64,000 bases of DNA from the NCBI GenBank assembly GCA_019637855.1, contig JAHBUX010000001.1:16754-80753 (forward strand), written 5' to 3'. Position 1 is the stretch's first letter. Each line of letters opens with the position of its first letter. Both the position numbers and the translations under genes were made by a program. This stretch comes from Bdellovibrionales bacterium (GTDB taxonomy: Bacteria > Bdellovibrionota > Bdellovibrionia > Bdellovibrionales > UBA1609). The notes under the pieces are model-generated. The model had not been told where the DNA came from. It saw nothing but the letters and a program-made list of their open reading frames with translations, and searched no databases. Below, in pieces: positions 9,469-18,975 of this stretch.

Positions 9469-10238
9469 CTTTTTATTTCAAGCGCAACGGGGCAATGATC
9501 CGAACCCATCACATGCGTGTGATGGGTTGAAGCCGTAAGACGTGTCTTTGAATCTTCATCCGCCAAGAAATAATCCAAGCGCCAACCAACGTTTCTCTCG
9601 CGCACACCCGGGCGATAACTCCACCAGGTGTAGTGGTTAGGATCGGGAGTGAAATGGCGGAAAGCGTCCACATACCCCCGCTTTAAAAACCGTGTGAGCC
9701 AAGCGCGTTCTTCAGGCAGAAATCCCGCGTTCTTCATATTCGACTTCGGATTGCGCAGATCGATTTCGGTGTGCGCGATATTCCAATCGCCGCAAAGCAA
9801 AAGCGTCTTACCGTTTTCTCTTTCACGCGCACAGAACTTGGCAAAGGTCTCGCAAAACTTAAGTTTGAATCCCAAACGGGCATGATCGCGTTGAGAATTG
9901 GGAAAATAAGCGCTGACCACCGTGAAGTTCGAAAATTCAGCGGCCAGAATGCGCCCCTCACGATCGAATTCTTTTTTGCCCAAACCATAGCGCACAGCCA
10001 ACGGTTCTTTTTTGCTGAATATCGCGACCCCGCTGTAGCCGGGCTTTTCCGCCGGATGCCAGAAGGCATTGTAACGGCCGGGATTGCGTAATTCGGGAGT
10101 GAGCTGATCGGGCTGCGCTTTGATTTCTTGCAAGCACACCACATCAGCACCGTGATCATCAAACCACTTCGCCAAGCCATAACGAGCACAAGAGCGCACG
10201 CCGTTCACATTCCAACTGGCCAGTTTAATTTTCGCCAT
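9465..10238 (-). CDS. xth: Exodeoxyribonuclease III (AP endonuclease)
   Basis: SWNVNG, LQEIK, GYSGV, GDWNIAH, YTWWSYR, GWRLDY, SDHCP. Start at MAKIK (10238). Confidence 0.95.
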   Translation of the reverse strand: MAKIKLASWNVNGVRSCARYGLAKWFDDHGADVVCLQEIKAQPDQLTPELRNPGRYNAFWHPAEKPGYSGVAIFSKKEPLAVRYGLGKKEFDREGRILAAEFSNFTVVSAYFPNSQRDHARLGFKLKFCETFAKFCARERENGKTLLLCGDWNIAHTEIDLRNPKSNMKNAGFLPEERAWLTRFLKRGYVDAFRHFTPDPNHYTWWSYRPGVRERNVGWRLDYFLADEDSKTRLTASTHHTHVMGSDHCPVALEIKS

Positions 10239-10302
10239 CAAATGCCTCTTAGTACACAAACACCAGCCTTGTAAAATTCTTTGTTTCCAGCAACATGTAG
10301 AG

Positions 10303-11577
10303 ATGAAGGAACCGATTTTAGCCGTTGATTTTGGCACCAGCAATTCACTCGCCGGCGCCTGGCGCGATGGCCAGCGTGTCGAAGCCCTAGCGCTCGACCG
10401 CAAGGCCTCCGATCCTACGCTGATGCGCACACTCCTGTATTTTCCCGAAGCCGACGAGTGCTATTACGGCAGTGAAGCCATCCAACGCTATCTCGAAGAG
10501 GAGATGGAGGGACGGCTTTTCCGTTCGTTCAAATCGCACTTGCCGAACTCTTCTTATCTCGGAACCTTCGTCGGCAACCGCCCGCTCACTTTGGAAAACA
10601 TGATCGGCATTTTTCTGCTCGAAATGAAAAGACGAGCGGAGCACGAGCTCGCTGCGCCCGTGGAAGCCGCCGTGATCGGTCGACCCGCTCGCTACTCGAT
10701 GGACACCACCGCGGATAATTTCGCTCTTCACCGCATGCAGAAGGCCGCCGAGTTCGCCGGCTTCAAGCACATCGAGTTTGTGCCGGAGCCTCTGGCCGCG
10801 GCTCTCGATATGCGTCGCAGTTTGCGTCAAGAAAAGCTGGTGATCGTTGGCGACTTCGGTGGCGGCACCAGCGACTTCACTCTCTTGCGTATCGGTCCCT
10901 ACGCCTTCAAAAAAGAACATGTGCTCGGCTTGGACGGCTGCCCTCTCGCCGGCGACGCCTTGGACAGTGTGTTTATGAGCCATCGGTTGAACGAATGGTT
11001 CGGCGCCAAAGCGCAGTACAAAGTTTCTTTGGGTCGCAATCTTCTGCGCATGCCGCAATCAGTGATGGAGCGTCTAAACAAACCGGCACATATCGTTCAT
11101 CTCAAAGAACCGGCCACCTACGAATTTATCCGCCAAGTGCGCAATGGAGCCACCAACCCGCGCGACAAAGCGGCGATCGAACGTCTGTTTTTGCTGATTG
11201 AAGACCAACAGATTTTCTCCTTTTTCGAAGGCATCGAGCGTACCAAGCGCTCACTGTCGGAATCTGACGCGGCCGAATTTACCTTCGACTACCCTGGCTT
11301 AGAAATGACTGTAGGCTTTAGGCGCGGGGATTTTGTGACCTGGTCTCAGGAAGTGAAAGCAAAGATTTTCGCGGCACTCGACGAGTGCCTACGGCAGGCC
11401 GGCGTGGAGGCCGCACAGGTAGATCTGGTGTGTCTAACAGGTGGCTCCGCCCAAGTGCCGTTGATTCGCGAAGAATTGGTGCGCCGCTTTGGAGCCGACA
11501 AGCTTCAGACACAATCACACTTCCATTCCGTGCTCTCAGGCCTAATTGAACGAGCCGGCCAGATGGCCGAAATTTGA
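10303..11577 (+). CDS. yegD: Hsp70-family ATPase, YegD-like
   Basis: VDFGTSNS, IGRP, EPLAAA, DFGGGTSDF, LTGGS motifs; no substrate-binding domain. Confidence 0.85.
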   Translation: MKEPILAVDFGTSNSLAGAWRDGQRVEALALDRKASDPTLMRTLLYFPEADECYYGSEAIQRYLEEEMEGRLFRSFKSHLPNSSYLGTFVGNRPLTLENMIGIFLLEMKRRAEHELAAPVEAAVIGRPARYSMDTTADNFALHRMQKAAEFAGFKHIEFVPEPLAAALDMRRSLRQEKLVIVGDFGGGTSDFTLLRIGPYAFKKEHVLGLDGCPLAGDALDSVFMSHRLNEWFGAKAQYKVSLGRNLLRMPQSVMERLNKPAHIVHLKEPATYEFIRQVRNGATNPRDKAAIERLFLLIEDQQIFSFFEGIERTKRSLSESDAAEFTFDYPGLEMTVGFRRGDFVTWSQEVKAKIFAALDECLRQAGVEAAQVDLVCLTGGSAQVPLIREELVRRFGADKLQTQSHFHSVLSGLIERAGQMAEI

Positions 11578-11623
11578 TAGGTCAGCCTTTGACCAGGCCT
11601 TTCAATTGGATTAGACCCAAAGA

Positions 11624-12694
11624 ATGCCAGAGATTCAGCGACGCACGTCGCCCACACAAAAGCCCATTCCGCCGGCCAAAGATCTTAAGTTTGGCCAACA
11701 CTTCAGTGATCATTGGTTCTGGAGCAAGTACAGCGAAGGCAAAGGTTGGTTCGAATCCCGCATCGAACCCTATGGTCCGCTGGCGCTCGATCCCGCCGCC
11801 TCTGTTTTCCACTATGGCCAAGCTCTGTTCGAAGGCATGAAAGCCTTCCGCCGCGCCAATGGTGAGATCGGTATTTTCCGACCGGAGTTCAATCACTCGC
11901 GCATGTGTGACGGCGCCGCTCGCCTATGCTTGGAAGCGCCTCCCAAAGAGCTCTTCATGCAAGGTCTAAAGCAGCTGATTCAAGTCGATGAGCGCTGGGT
12001 GCCTTCCGACGAGGGGTGCTCGCTCTACATTCGCCCCACCCTGATCGGGACCGAGGGCTTTTTGGGCGTACGTCCCTCACGCGAATACGTTTTCTTTATT
12101 CTGCTCTCGCCGGCCGCCGCCTATTATTCGGGGGGCAACCAGACGGTGAAGATCTGGGTGGAGGACAAAGCTCTACGCGCGGCCCCCGGCGGCCTCGGCG
12201 CCACCAAGGCCGGAGCCAACTACGCCGCTAGCTTGCAAGCTGGTCTGGAGGCCAAGAGACGAGGTTATGCCCAGGTGCTGTGGCTTGATGTGCAGCACGA
12301 AGGCATCGAAGAAGTCGGCACTATGAACGTCTTCTTCGTATTGAAAGACGAGATCGTAACGCCAGCTTTAAACGGCAGCATTCTGCCCGGCTGTATGCGT
12401 GACTCGGCTTTGCGGCTCTTGCGCGAGCAAGGAGCTAAAGTCAGCGAACGTCGCATCACCATTAGCGAGGTGGCCGAACGCCACGCCCGCGGGGAACTGC
12501 TGGAAGCTTTTGGCACCGGCACGGCGGCGGTGATTTCACCCATCGGTGAACTGAACTTACGCGGCAATACGATGGTGATTCATGGCCATGAGCCTGGCCC
12601 GGTCGCGCAAAACTTGCAGCAGACTTTGATCGGCATTCAGCGCGGTACGGTTGCCGACAAGTTCGGCTGGATGAAAACTCTCGAACAATTATAG
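11624..12694 (+). CDS. ilvE: Branched-chain amino acid aminotransferase
   Basis: HYGQALFEGMKA, LYIRP, KAGANY (PLP Lys), EEVGTMN, ILPG, GTAAVISP. Confidence 0.95.
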   Translation: MPEIQRRTSPTQKPIPPAKDLKFGQHFSDHWFWSKYSEGKGWFESRIEPYGPLALDPAASVFHYGQALFEGMKAFRRANGEIGIFRPEFNHSRMCDGAARLCLEAPPKELFMQGLKQLIQVDERWVPSDEGCSLYIRPTLIGTEGFLGVRPSREYVFFILLSPAAAYYSGGNQTVKIWVEDKALRAAPGGLGATKAGANYAASLQAGLEAKRRGYAQVLWLDVQHEGIEEVGTMNVFFVLKDEIVTPALNGSILPGCMRDSALRLLREQGAKVSERRITISEVAERHARGELLEAFGTGTAAVISPIGELNLRGNTMVIHGHEPGPVAQNLQQTLIGIQRGTVADKFGWMKTLEQL

Positions 12695-12704
12695 GAAGTA
12701 AGAC

Positions 12705-13874
12705 ATGCACTCTATTTTGCGACGAGCGGGATTGAGTGCACTGACTGGAATTCTGGCCGGGCTGGCGGCCGCGGTTTTTCTCTACCTTCTCGAGTGGGCC
12801 ACACAGACACGCGACGCTCACACAGTGATCATCTACGCATTGCCCCTGGCTGGCTTACTCATTGGCTGGGCCTATCATGGCTATGGCAAAGAGGCCGTGC
12901 CCGGCAACTCTCTGATCATCGACGCCATCCACGATCCTAAGAAGACCGTGCCCTTGCGGATGGCTCCACTGATTTTATTTAGCACGGTCCTTACCCACCT
13001 GTTTGGCGGTTCGGCTGGGCGTGAAGGCACGGCCGTACAAATGGGCGGCTCCCTTGCCGATCAGGTGGCACGTCGTTTTGGGCGTGAAGGCCACGAACGC
13101 CGGGCGCTGCTGATGGCGGGAGCCGCGGCTGGTTTTGCCGCAGCCATAGGAGCTCCTTGGGCCGGTGCCATTTTCGGAATGGAGATGCTTTATGTCCGCC
13201 GCCTGCGTTTTGCCGGATGGTTTGAGTGCCTGATTGCCGCCTTTGTCGGCTATGGAACGACGCTACTGGTGCACGCGCCGCATTCCGTCTTCCCGTCGAT
13301 CACCGTTCCCGAGATGGATTTGAACGGAATTCTGTTCGTAGCGCTGGCGGGAATGGCGTTCGGTCTGGCCGCGCGAGTGTTCGTTTATTTCACGCATGCG
13401 GTCGAGTGGCTACAAGCGCGCACCGTACGCATTCCGATGTGGAAGCCCTTCGCCGGCGCAATCTTGCTGCTTGTGATGTTTAAGATCGAGGGCTCCTATC
13501 GCTTCGCGGGTCTCGGCATTCCGGTGATCTCACAGGCACTAGAGTCGCCCAGCTCTTTCTACGATTCTTTTATGAAAACGATTTTTACAGCGGTCACTTT
13601 GGGTTCCGGCTTTAAAGGTGGAGAATTTATTCCGTTGGTATTTATCGGGGCCACCTTAGGCAGCGCTCTTTCTATGGTGTTACCTGTTTCCTTCCAACTA
13701 CTAGCCGCCGTGGGCTTTGCCGCCTCATTCGGAGCGGCAGCAAATACGCCTCTGGCCTGTGCCGTAATGGCCATGGAGATTTTCGGTTGGTCCATCGCGC
13801 CTTACGCCCTCGTCGGCTGCTATATGGCATTTATCGTCTCGGGTCCGCTTGGAATCTATAAAAGCCAACGCTAA
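12705..13874 (+). CDS. CLC family channel/antiporter, CLC-F (fluoride exporter) type
   Basis: GNSLII, GREGT and GGEFIP match the CLC-F signatures GNNLI/GREGT/GEVTP. Confidence 0.85.
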   Translation: MHSILRRAGLSALTGILAGLAAAVFLYLLEWATQTRDAHTVIIYALPLAGLLIGWAYHGYGKEAVPGNSLIIDAIHDPKKTVPLRMAPLILFSTVLTHLFGGSAGREGTAVQMGGSLADQVARRFGREGHERRALLMAGAAAGFAAAIGAPWAGAIFGMEMLYVRRLRFAGWFECLIAAFVGYGTTLLVHAPHSVFPSITVPEMDLNGILFVALAGMAFGLAARVFVYFTHAVEWLQARTVRIPMWKPFAGAILLLVMFKIEGSYRFAGLGIPVISQALESPSSFYDSFMKTIFTAVTLGSGFKGGEFIPLVFIGATLGSALSMVLPVSFQLLAAVGFAASFGAAANTPLACAVMAMEIFGWSIAPYALVGCYMAFIVSGPLGIYKSQR

Positions 13875-13945
13875 AGGCGCTTTTCGGCTTGGCTCATCTA
13901 TTAAATTAAGTTACTCGTGAGGCCCAAAGCAAGAAAGGCAGGCCC

Positions 13946-14431
13946 ATGAACATTGGTGCAGAAACCGTAGTCAGCATTCATTACACTTTGAAAAACGATG
14001 CCGGTGAGGTGCTGGACAGCTCCGATGGCGGCGAGCCTCTAGTTTATCTGCATGGTTCGGGCAATATCATCCCCGGTTTGGAAAACGCTTTGACCGGCAA
14101 AGCTTCGGGCGCCACTCTTAAAGTGACCGTGCCGCCTGATCAAGCCTACGGTCAACGCAATGAAAACCTCGTTCAGCGCATCCCCAAAAATCAATTTCCC
14201 GATCCCAACAAAGTCGAAGCCGGCATGCGCTTTCAAGTCAATGGCCCACACGGCCCGATGGTTCTATTAGTTCAAGAAGTCACACCCACCGAAGTGGTGG
14301 TCGACGGCAACCCAGAGCTCGCCGGTCAGACTTTGCACTTCGACGTGCAAATCACCGACGTGCGCAAAGCCACCGCCGAAGAACTCTCACACGGCCACGT
14401 GCACGGCCCCGGCGGCCACCACCACGATTAA
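13946..14431 (+). CDS. slyD: FKBP-type peptidyl-prolyl isomerase SlyD
   Basis: VVSIHYTL, YLHG...IIPGLE, DGNPELAGQTLHF, His-rich tail HGHVHGPGGHHHD. Confidence 0.93.
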   Translation: MNIGAETVVSIHYTLKNDAGEVLDSSDGGEPLVYLHGSGNIIPGLENALTGKASGATLKVTVPPDQAYGQRNENLVQRIPKNQFPDPNKVEAGMRFQVNGPHGPMVLLVQEVTPTEVVVDGNPELAGQTLHFDVQITDVRKATAEELSHGHVHGPGGHHHD

Positions 14432-14478
14432 GGTACCAGCTTCCTTTCTGGCATGTAGTGCGTTAACTATCTGATAGG

Positions 14479-14499
14479 AGAGGTGAGATGATCACCTCT
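14479..14499. terminator. Inverted repeat between convergent genes
   Basis: AGAGGTGA-gatga-TCACCTCT forms an 8-bp stem; no strong U tract. Confidence 0.4.
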
Positions 14500-14521
14500 A
14501 GACGGATCTCGGACGCAGTTT

Positions 14522-15322
14522 TCAACTGCCTCGTCCCTTCTGCACCTCAGGCAACCGCTTTAGTAGAACATCCGGACGACGATAGCGCGGCCGCTCTGGC
14601 AGCTGCGACCAGGCCATGGGCTTTTCTTTTAAAGATGGATTGTTTATCTGCATAGAGTTCAAACGCTGCACTCCCATCTGCACGGCCGCCGCGAATTGCC
14701 GGGACTGTGGCGAAAACGGCGCATACGCATCGTCAGGCGCAAGCACGGGAATCTGCTTTAAATACGCAAGTGCTTGGCGGGAGGCATAGAAGTGTTGAGT
14801 GTCGTCCCAATGCGAATCTCGCTCCGGGAGCTGCGGCAAATCCCTTGGGGGCACGACTACCAAAGAGCTCGCGCTCACATTCTCCACTCGGTCTTGCGCT
14901 TGTAACAACTGCCGAGTAAGCGGCGTGCTCGCATAGTAATGAATCTGCGCCGGCTCCACCGCCTGCTTAGCCATCTCACACTCACCGGCATCAACGGACA
15001 GCTTCACGTGCACTTCATACTCATAAGTGCCACGCACGCTGTAGCGACTATCGATCCGCGTGCTCTTGGGGATCAGCGAACATTCGTTGGCGATATCTTC
15101 AAGAGCTGAGCCTTCGGCGCGTGAGATTGCTCCATCCTTCAACAGCCCTCCCGCGGCACCGACGTAAATGATGCGCCCACCTTCGGTGAATCGTACGCCG
15201 CGACTAAGCCACGCAGGCTCAGCAGAAGGTGAGGGAGCTTGTGGAGCGATGGATGCGCAGGCCGAAAGAATCAAAATCGCCAGCCCGAACCATAAGCTTT
15301 GCATAGAGCGGCATAATCTCAT
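14522..15322 (-). CDS. Hypothetical lipoprotein
   Basis: Lipobox LSAC after a hydrophobic stretch; start codon uncertain. Confidence 0.7.
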   Translation of the reverse strand: MRLCRSMQSLWFGLAILILSACASIAPQAPSPSAEPAWLSRGVRFTEGGRIIYVGAAGGLLKDGAISRAEGSALEDIANECSLIPKSTRIDSRYSVRGTYEYEVHVKLSVDAGECEMAKQAVEPAQIHYYASTPLTRQLLQAQDRVENVSASSLVVVPPRDLPQLPERDSHWDDTQHFYASRQALAYLKQIPVLAPDDAYAPFSPQSRQFAAAVQMGVQRLNSMQINNPSLKEKPMAWSQLPERPRYRRPDVLLKRLPEVQKGRGS

Positions 15323-15343
15323 GTCAGCCTTGAGTCAGGCAAG

Positions 15344-16321
15344 CTACTGAGCGGTGCCGACGCCCGTATCGGCGGTGCTGGCCGGAACATAGGTGGACGG
15401 AAATGTGGAGGCTGGCGAACGCGGCTGCGGCATCGAATAACCGCGGTAGAAAACAGGCTGTGCCGGATAGGCGGGAACCAAGGCCGCATTCACACTCGCC
15501 ATGTTCGCGGGGCTGCTGCAATATCCGTAGAGTTGCTGGCCGGCATACTGATTGTACATCGGATAGCTTGGAGTCGCACCGTACATCGGACCGACTTGAT
15601 AGCCACCGGCGTAAGGTGAAGCATAAGCCAAGGGTTGGCCGTATTGATTCAACACTTGAGCCTGCACCACTCCCGACGGCTGCGGTTGGCAAGCGACGCG
15701 GTAAGGATAATCTTGCGGGCGATAGTAACCTTTGTTGCCGTTGTTGTTCGAAGCAACCAAGCCGACTACTCCGCCAAGCGCCAGAATGCCGCCGGCCATT
15801 TGCATGTTGGAATTTTGCGAACCAAACATCATACCTAAACCGCCGCCGGTCATAGCGCCAAAAAGCGCACTATTTAAGTCAAAGCCGGCATGGGCCTGCG
15901 GCAAAATCCAATCTATAAATGCGAACGATTTAGTATCAACGATTTTCTCCAGCGTTTCCATATTGGCGCGATAGCCTTTGCTGAAGTCGAGTGTGAATTT
16001 GCGGCCGTTGTACGAGAAAATGCCTTTTTGCAGATCTTCAGCTTTAAATGGCTTATCTAAACCCTGAATATAAAGTAGATCGCCTTTGCCACGAGCCAGA
16101 GGAAGCTTTTTGGATTTACTCGTGATGCGGGCGGCTTCAAGATAAGCTGCATCGCCGTCGCTGGCGCCGATTTTCAAAAAGCTAAAAAGACGATCCGGTG
16201 TCTGCACTAGGTTAAAACTCACTGCGGCCAATTCCATCGGAGTGCGTTTCTTCGTTTGTTGTGCGGCCATGGCATTTAAGCTGGTGAAGCTGAGACTGAT
16301 TCCAAGCATGAGTTTCAACAT
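15344..16321 (-). CDS. Secreted hypothetical protein with glycine-zipper helices and Pro/Tyr/Gln-rich tail
   Basis: Signal peptide ending AMA, GGGAGG RBS, internal GAMTGGGLG and GGILALGGVVG segments. Confidence 0.75.
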   Translation of the reverse strand: MLKLMLGISLSFTSLNAMAAQQTKKRTPMELAAVSFNLVQTPDRLFSFLKIGASDGDAAYLEAARITSKSKKLPLARGKGDLLYIQGLDKPFKAEDLQKGIFSYNGRKFTLDFSKGYRANMETLEKIVDTKSFAFIDWILPQAHAGFDLNSALFGAMTGGGLGMMFGSQNSNMQMAGGILALGGVVGLVASNNNGNKGYYRPQDYPYRVACQPQPSGVVQAQVLNQYGQPLAYASPYAGGYQVGPMYGATPSYPMYNQYAGQQLYGYCSSPANMASVNAALVPAYPAQPVFYRGYSMPQPRSPASTFPSTYVPASTADTGVGTAQ

Positions 16322-16350
16322 TCGGTCCCTCCCGGCTTACCCTCTTAACG

Positions 16351-16366
16351 AGCAAGTTCGATGCCT
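16351..16366 (-). promoter_or_regulatory. Candidate sigma-54 promoter of 15344..16321
   Basis: Minus strand AGGCATCGAACTTGCT has GG-N10-GC with TTGC, about 30 bp upstream of the start codon. Confidence 0.55.
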
Positions 16367-16475
16367 GGACAAGTCCCTGTTTTAGGGGCGGAAAGCATAA
16401 AAACCGTGAATGGACCTAACGGCTGTCTATGGGCTGCGCGGACTATATTGAGAATGTATCAAAATGAGAAGCCGG

Positions 16476-17111
16476 CTAACGCGGCTTTTTATCGTTCACG
16501 CCGACCAGTACAGTCCAGTAATCCAGCACATTGACCGGAATGGCGGTGGTCACTTCGAAACCGGTTTGTTCCAAGAAGTGGCTGAGCGGAAAGTCCGGAT
16601 GAAAACCGATATGCTTCGCTAACCGTTGCACCAACGCTTCGGCCTTGCGAATCAGCGGATTCTTATTTTGAAAATGATTGAGAAATACGATTTTTCCACC
16701 GGGCTTGCACACGCGGCGAATTTCATCCACCAGTTTGCGTGCATCGGGAACCACGGAGGCCACATACATCGCGACTACAGAATCAAACGAGTTGTCAGGA
16801 AAGCTCATCTGCTGAGCATCCATTTGCAGCAGAGCCTCGACCTGTGGCAACGGCTCATCTTCTATTCTCTTCTTGGCCAGCTTCAGCATATCGCCAGAAA
16901 GATCGATGCCCACCACCTTTACCTCTTGTGGGTACATCGCTAACGAAAGCCCCGTACCGACACCGACCTCGAGAATGCGATCACCGGCGCGGCAGTGCAA
17001 ATGCTCGATCGCCGTTCTGCGACCGGGATGGAAGACGGCACCGAACACCAAATCATAATAGCGGGCGTAACGGCGATAAGCTTTTTTAACAGAGTCACTG
17101 GTCACAGACAT
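16476..17111 (-). CDS. pmtA: Phospholipid N-methyltransferase PmtA-like SAM methyltransferase
   Basis: AYRRYARYYDLVFG, LEVGVGTG, VAMYVASVVPD, NHF motifs. Start chosen at MSVTS; uncertain. Confidence 0.8.
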   Translation of the reverse strand: MSVTSDSVKKAYRRYARYYDLVFGAVFHPGRRTAIEHLHCRAGDRILEVGVGTGLSLAMYPQEVKVVGIDLSGDMLKLAKKRIEDEPLPQVEALLQMDAQQMSFPDNSFDSVVAMYVASVVPDARKLVDEIRRVCKPGGKIVFLNHFQNKNPLIRKAEALVQRLAKHIGFHPDFPLSHFLEQTGFEVTTAIPVNVLDYWTVLVGVNDKKPR

Positions 17112-17136
17112 AATCAACCGGTTACCATGTTCATTC

Positions 17137-17643
17137 ATGCTGCTGCAAGAGCTGTCGAGCGAACACGAAAACGCATTTTTAATAGCCATGGCCGACTACC
17201 AAGGCGGTGACGCCAAAGTCTTCGCCTGTTTTGGGAATAAATCTTGGGATAAGAAACAGTTCGCTGTGCACTTGAAAGAGACACAGAAACGACGCATGGA
17301 TTGGCGCCCCAAGCAGGGTAAAGTTTCTGAAACCTCATACGTCTTGATCGACGAAAACGGTCGTCTCTGCGGTAACGGCCTTATGCGTTTTCCGTTAAAC
17401 CCGGAGATGGAATGGAACGGCGGCAATCTACTTTTCTCCGTCCCCCCTAGCCTACGCGGCCAGGGATTTGGTGCCTTAACATTAAATCGCATGCTGTTTG
17501 AGGCCGTGCGCGCAGGTCTGGCGCGCGTGCTCGTTTCTTGTCCATCATCTGACAAGGCGATGCGCTGTTGCATCGAGAAAAATCGTGGCCAGTTGGCGGG
17601 CGAGCAAGACGGCGTCGTTCAGTATTGGATTCGTTTTCGCTAG
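17137..17643 (+). CDS. GNAT family N-acetyltransferase
   Basis: GGNLLFSVPPSLRGQGFG acetyl-CoA motif; CIEKNRG. Confidence 0.8.
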   Translation: MLLQELSSEHENAFLIAMADYQGGDAKVFACFGNKSWDKKQFAVHLKETQKRRMDWRPKQGKVSETSYVLIDENGRLCGNGLMRFPLNPEMEWNGGNLLFSVPPSLRGQGFGALTLNRMLFEAVRAGLARVLVSCPSSDKAMRCCIEKNRGQLAGEQDGVVQYWIRFR

Positions 17644-17661
17644 TCATTAAGGGGGGACAGC

Positions 17662-18483
17662 ATGAAAATCAGACTTACCATCGCCACAGCTACGCTTATA
17701 GTGTTATCCGGTTGCCGAGGTACACAAACTATTCCCGATGCTTCGATCGAAGCACCTCCCCCTGAACTGCCGGCGGTGCGGATTGAAGAGACTCCTGCCA
17801 AACCGGAAGCCCGCGCCCCCATCGTCGAACGCTCGCGACTGATTCCTTTAAATGAAAAATACTTCGAAGTGCAATACGATCCCGGGCATCGCATGGCCAA
17901 GTATGTGAAGTACACGGTCACAGCGGCACAGCTGCGTTTGCGCCATGGTCGCCGTCGCGATAACTTTCATCCCGACCGCCAGTTACCGGAGAAGCTGCAA
18001 GTCCGCCCCAAAGAGTACGCAAAGAGCGGATATGACAAAGGCCATCTTGCACCAGCCGCTGATTTTAGTTTCAGCCAAGAGGCGATTGACTCCACCTTCG
18101 TAATGTCCAACATGGCCCCGCAAAAGCCCGATCTGAATCGCCGCGCCTGGCAAGCCCTTGAGGCCCGAGTGCGACGCTGGGCCTGTGGCGAGAGCAAAGT
18201 TACCGTGATCACCGGCCCGATCTTTGAAAAAGAAATGCCGCGCTTAAAGAGCGGATTAGTGATTCCGCCACAATTCTTTAAAATCGTGATCGACGAAACT
18301 CCACCGCGCAAAGTTCTGGCCTTTGTCTACAATCAAGGCGATCGCGATCCTAAGCTCATCGACCGCCGCACTGTTCCCATAAGGCAGGTGCTGGAAAAGA
18401 TTCAGGAGACTTTTGAGAGTGAGATTGGGGAACCGATTCGCCAGCCTTCGCAGATTAGTTTGTGGAAGGAGGAGGAGTGCTGA
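17662..18483 (+). CDS. DNA/RNA non-specific endonuclease (NucA/EndoG-like) lipoprotein
   Basis: Lipobox LSGC; GYDKGHLAPAAD, SNMAPQ, LNRRAW..LE, VITGP. Confidence 0.92.
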   Translation: MKIRLTIATATLIVLSGCRGTQTIPDASIEAPPPELPAVRIEETPAKPEARAPIVERSRLIPLNEKYFEVQYDPGHRMAKYVKYTVTAAQLRLRHGRRRDNFHPDRQLPEKLQVRPKEYAKSGYDKGHLAPAADFSFSQEAIDSTFVMSNMAPQKPDLNRRAWQALEARVRRWACGESKVTVITGPIFEKEMPRLKSGLVIPPQFFKIVIDETPPRKVLAFVYNQGDRDPKLIDRRTVPIRQVLEKIQETFESEIGEPIRQPSQISLWKEEEC

Positions 18484-18513
18484 TGCCCTGGGCCCTGCAC
18501 AACCGAAGCCCCC

Positions 18514-18975
18514 TCAAGAAAACTCCTCAATAATCGCCTTAACTGTCTCCCCAATTCTTTTCGCAGAGCTTGGCGCAACAAAAATCGTATCATCACCCGC
18601 AATGGTCCCAAGAATCCCCTCCGGCTTCGACGTATCAATCTGTCGCGCCAATAAATTGGCTGAGCCGGGAGTCGTATGAACTACAATCAATGAACCGTTG
18701 TGCGAAATATCGATCAATAGCCCCTTCAAATCTGTATTTACCGGAACACTCGCCATCACATCTTCGGGGAGCTTATAAATCACCCTTCCCGAAGCATCGC
18801 GCGTTTTCACGGCGCTAAGTCGCCCAAGATCGCGAGATATTGTGCTTTGCGTGACCACGAATTTTTGAGCGCGCAATTCCTCCACAAGTTCTTCTTGCGT
18901 GGAAATGCGGCCCTCAGCCAAAAGCTCGCGCAAAGCGCTCAAACGGTTCATCGGATCAATGGTCCTAGATGACAT
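18514..18975 (-). CDS. argR: Arginine repressor
   Basis: TQEEL, TQSTISRDL, GTIAGDDTIF. Confidence 0.96.
   Translation of the reverse strand: MSSRTIDPMNRLSALRELLAEGRISTQEELVEELRAQKFVVTQSTISRDLGRLSAVKTRDASGRVIYKLPEDVMASVPVNTDLKGLLIDISHNGSLIVVHTTPGSANLLARQIDTSKPEGILGTIAGDDTIFVAPSSAKRIGETVKAIIEEFS

Noticed and set aside
9465-10430. Extended N-termini in the ORF track for xth, argF, argB, DEAD helicase and EamA
   Set aside because: The extensions overlap neighbouring genes; family-typical starts and RBSs lie downstream.
17137-18483. GNAT + nuclease as a toxin-antitoxin or defence pair
   Set aside because: The nuclease is an exported lipoprotein and the GNAT is cytoplasmic; there is no antitoxin-like feature.
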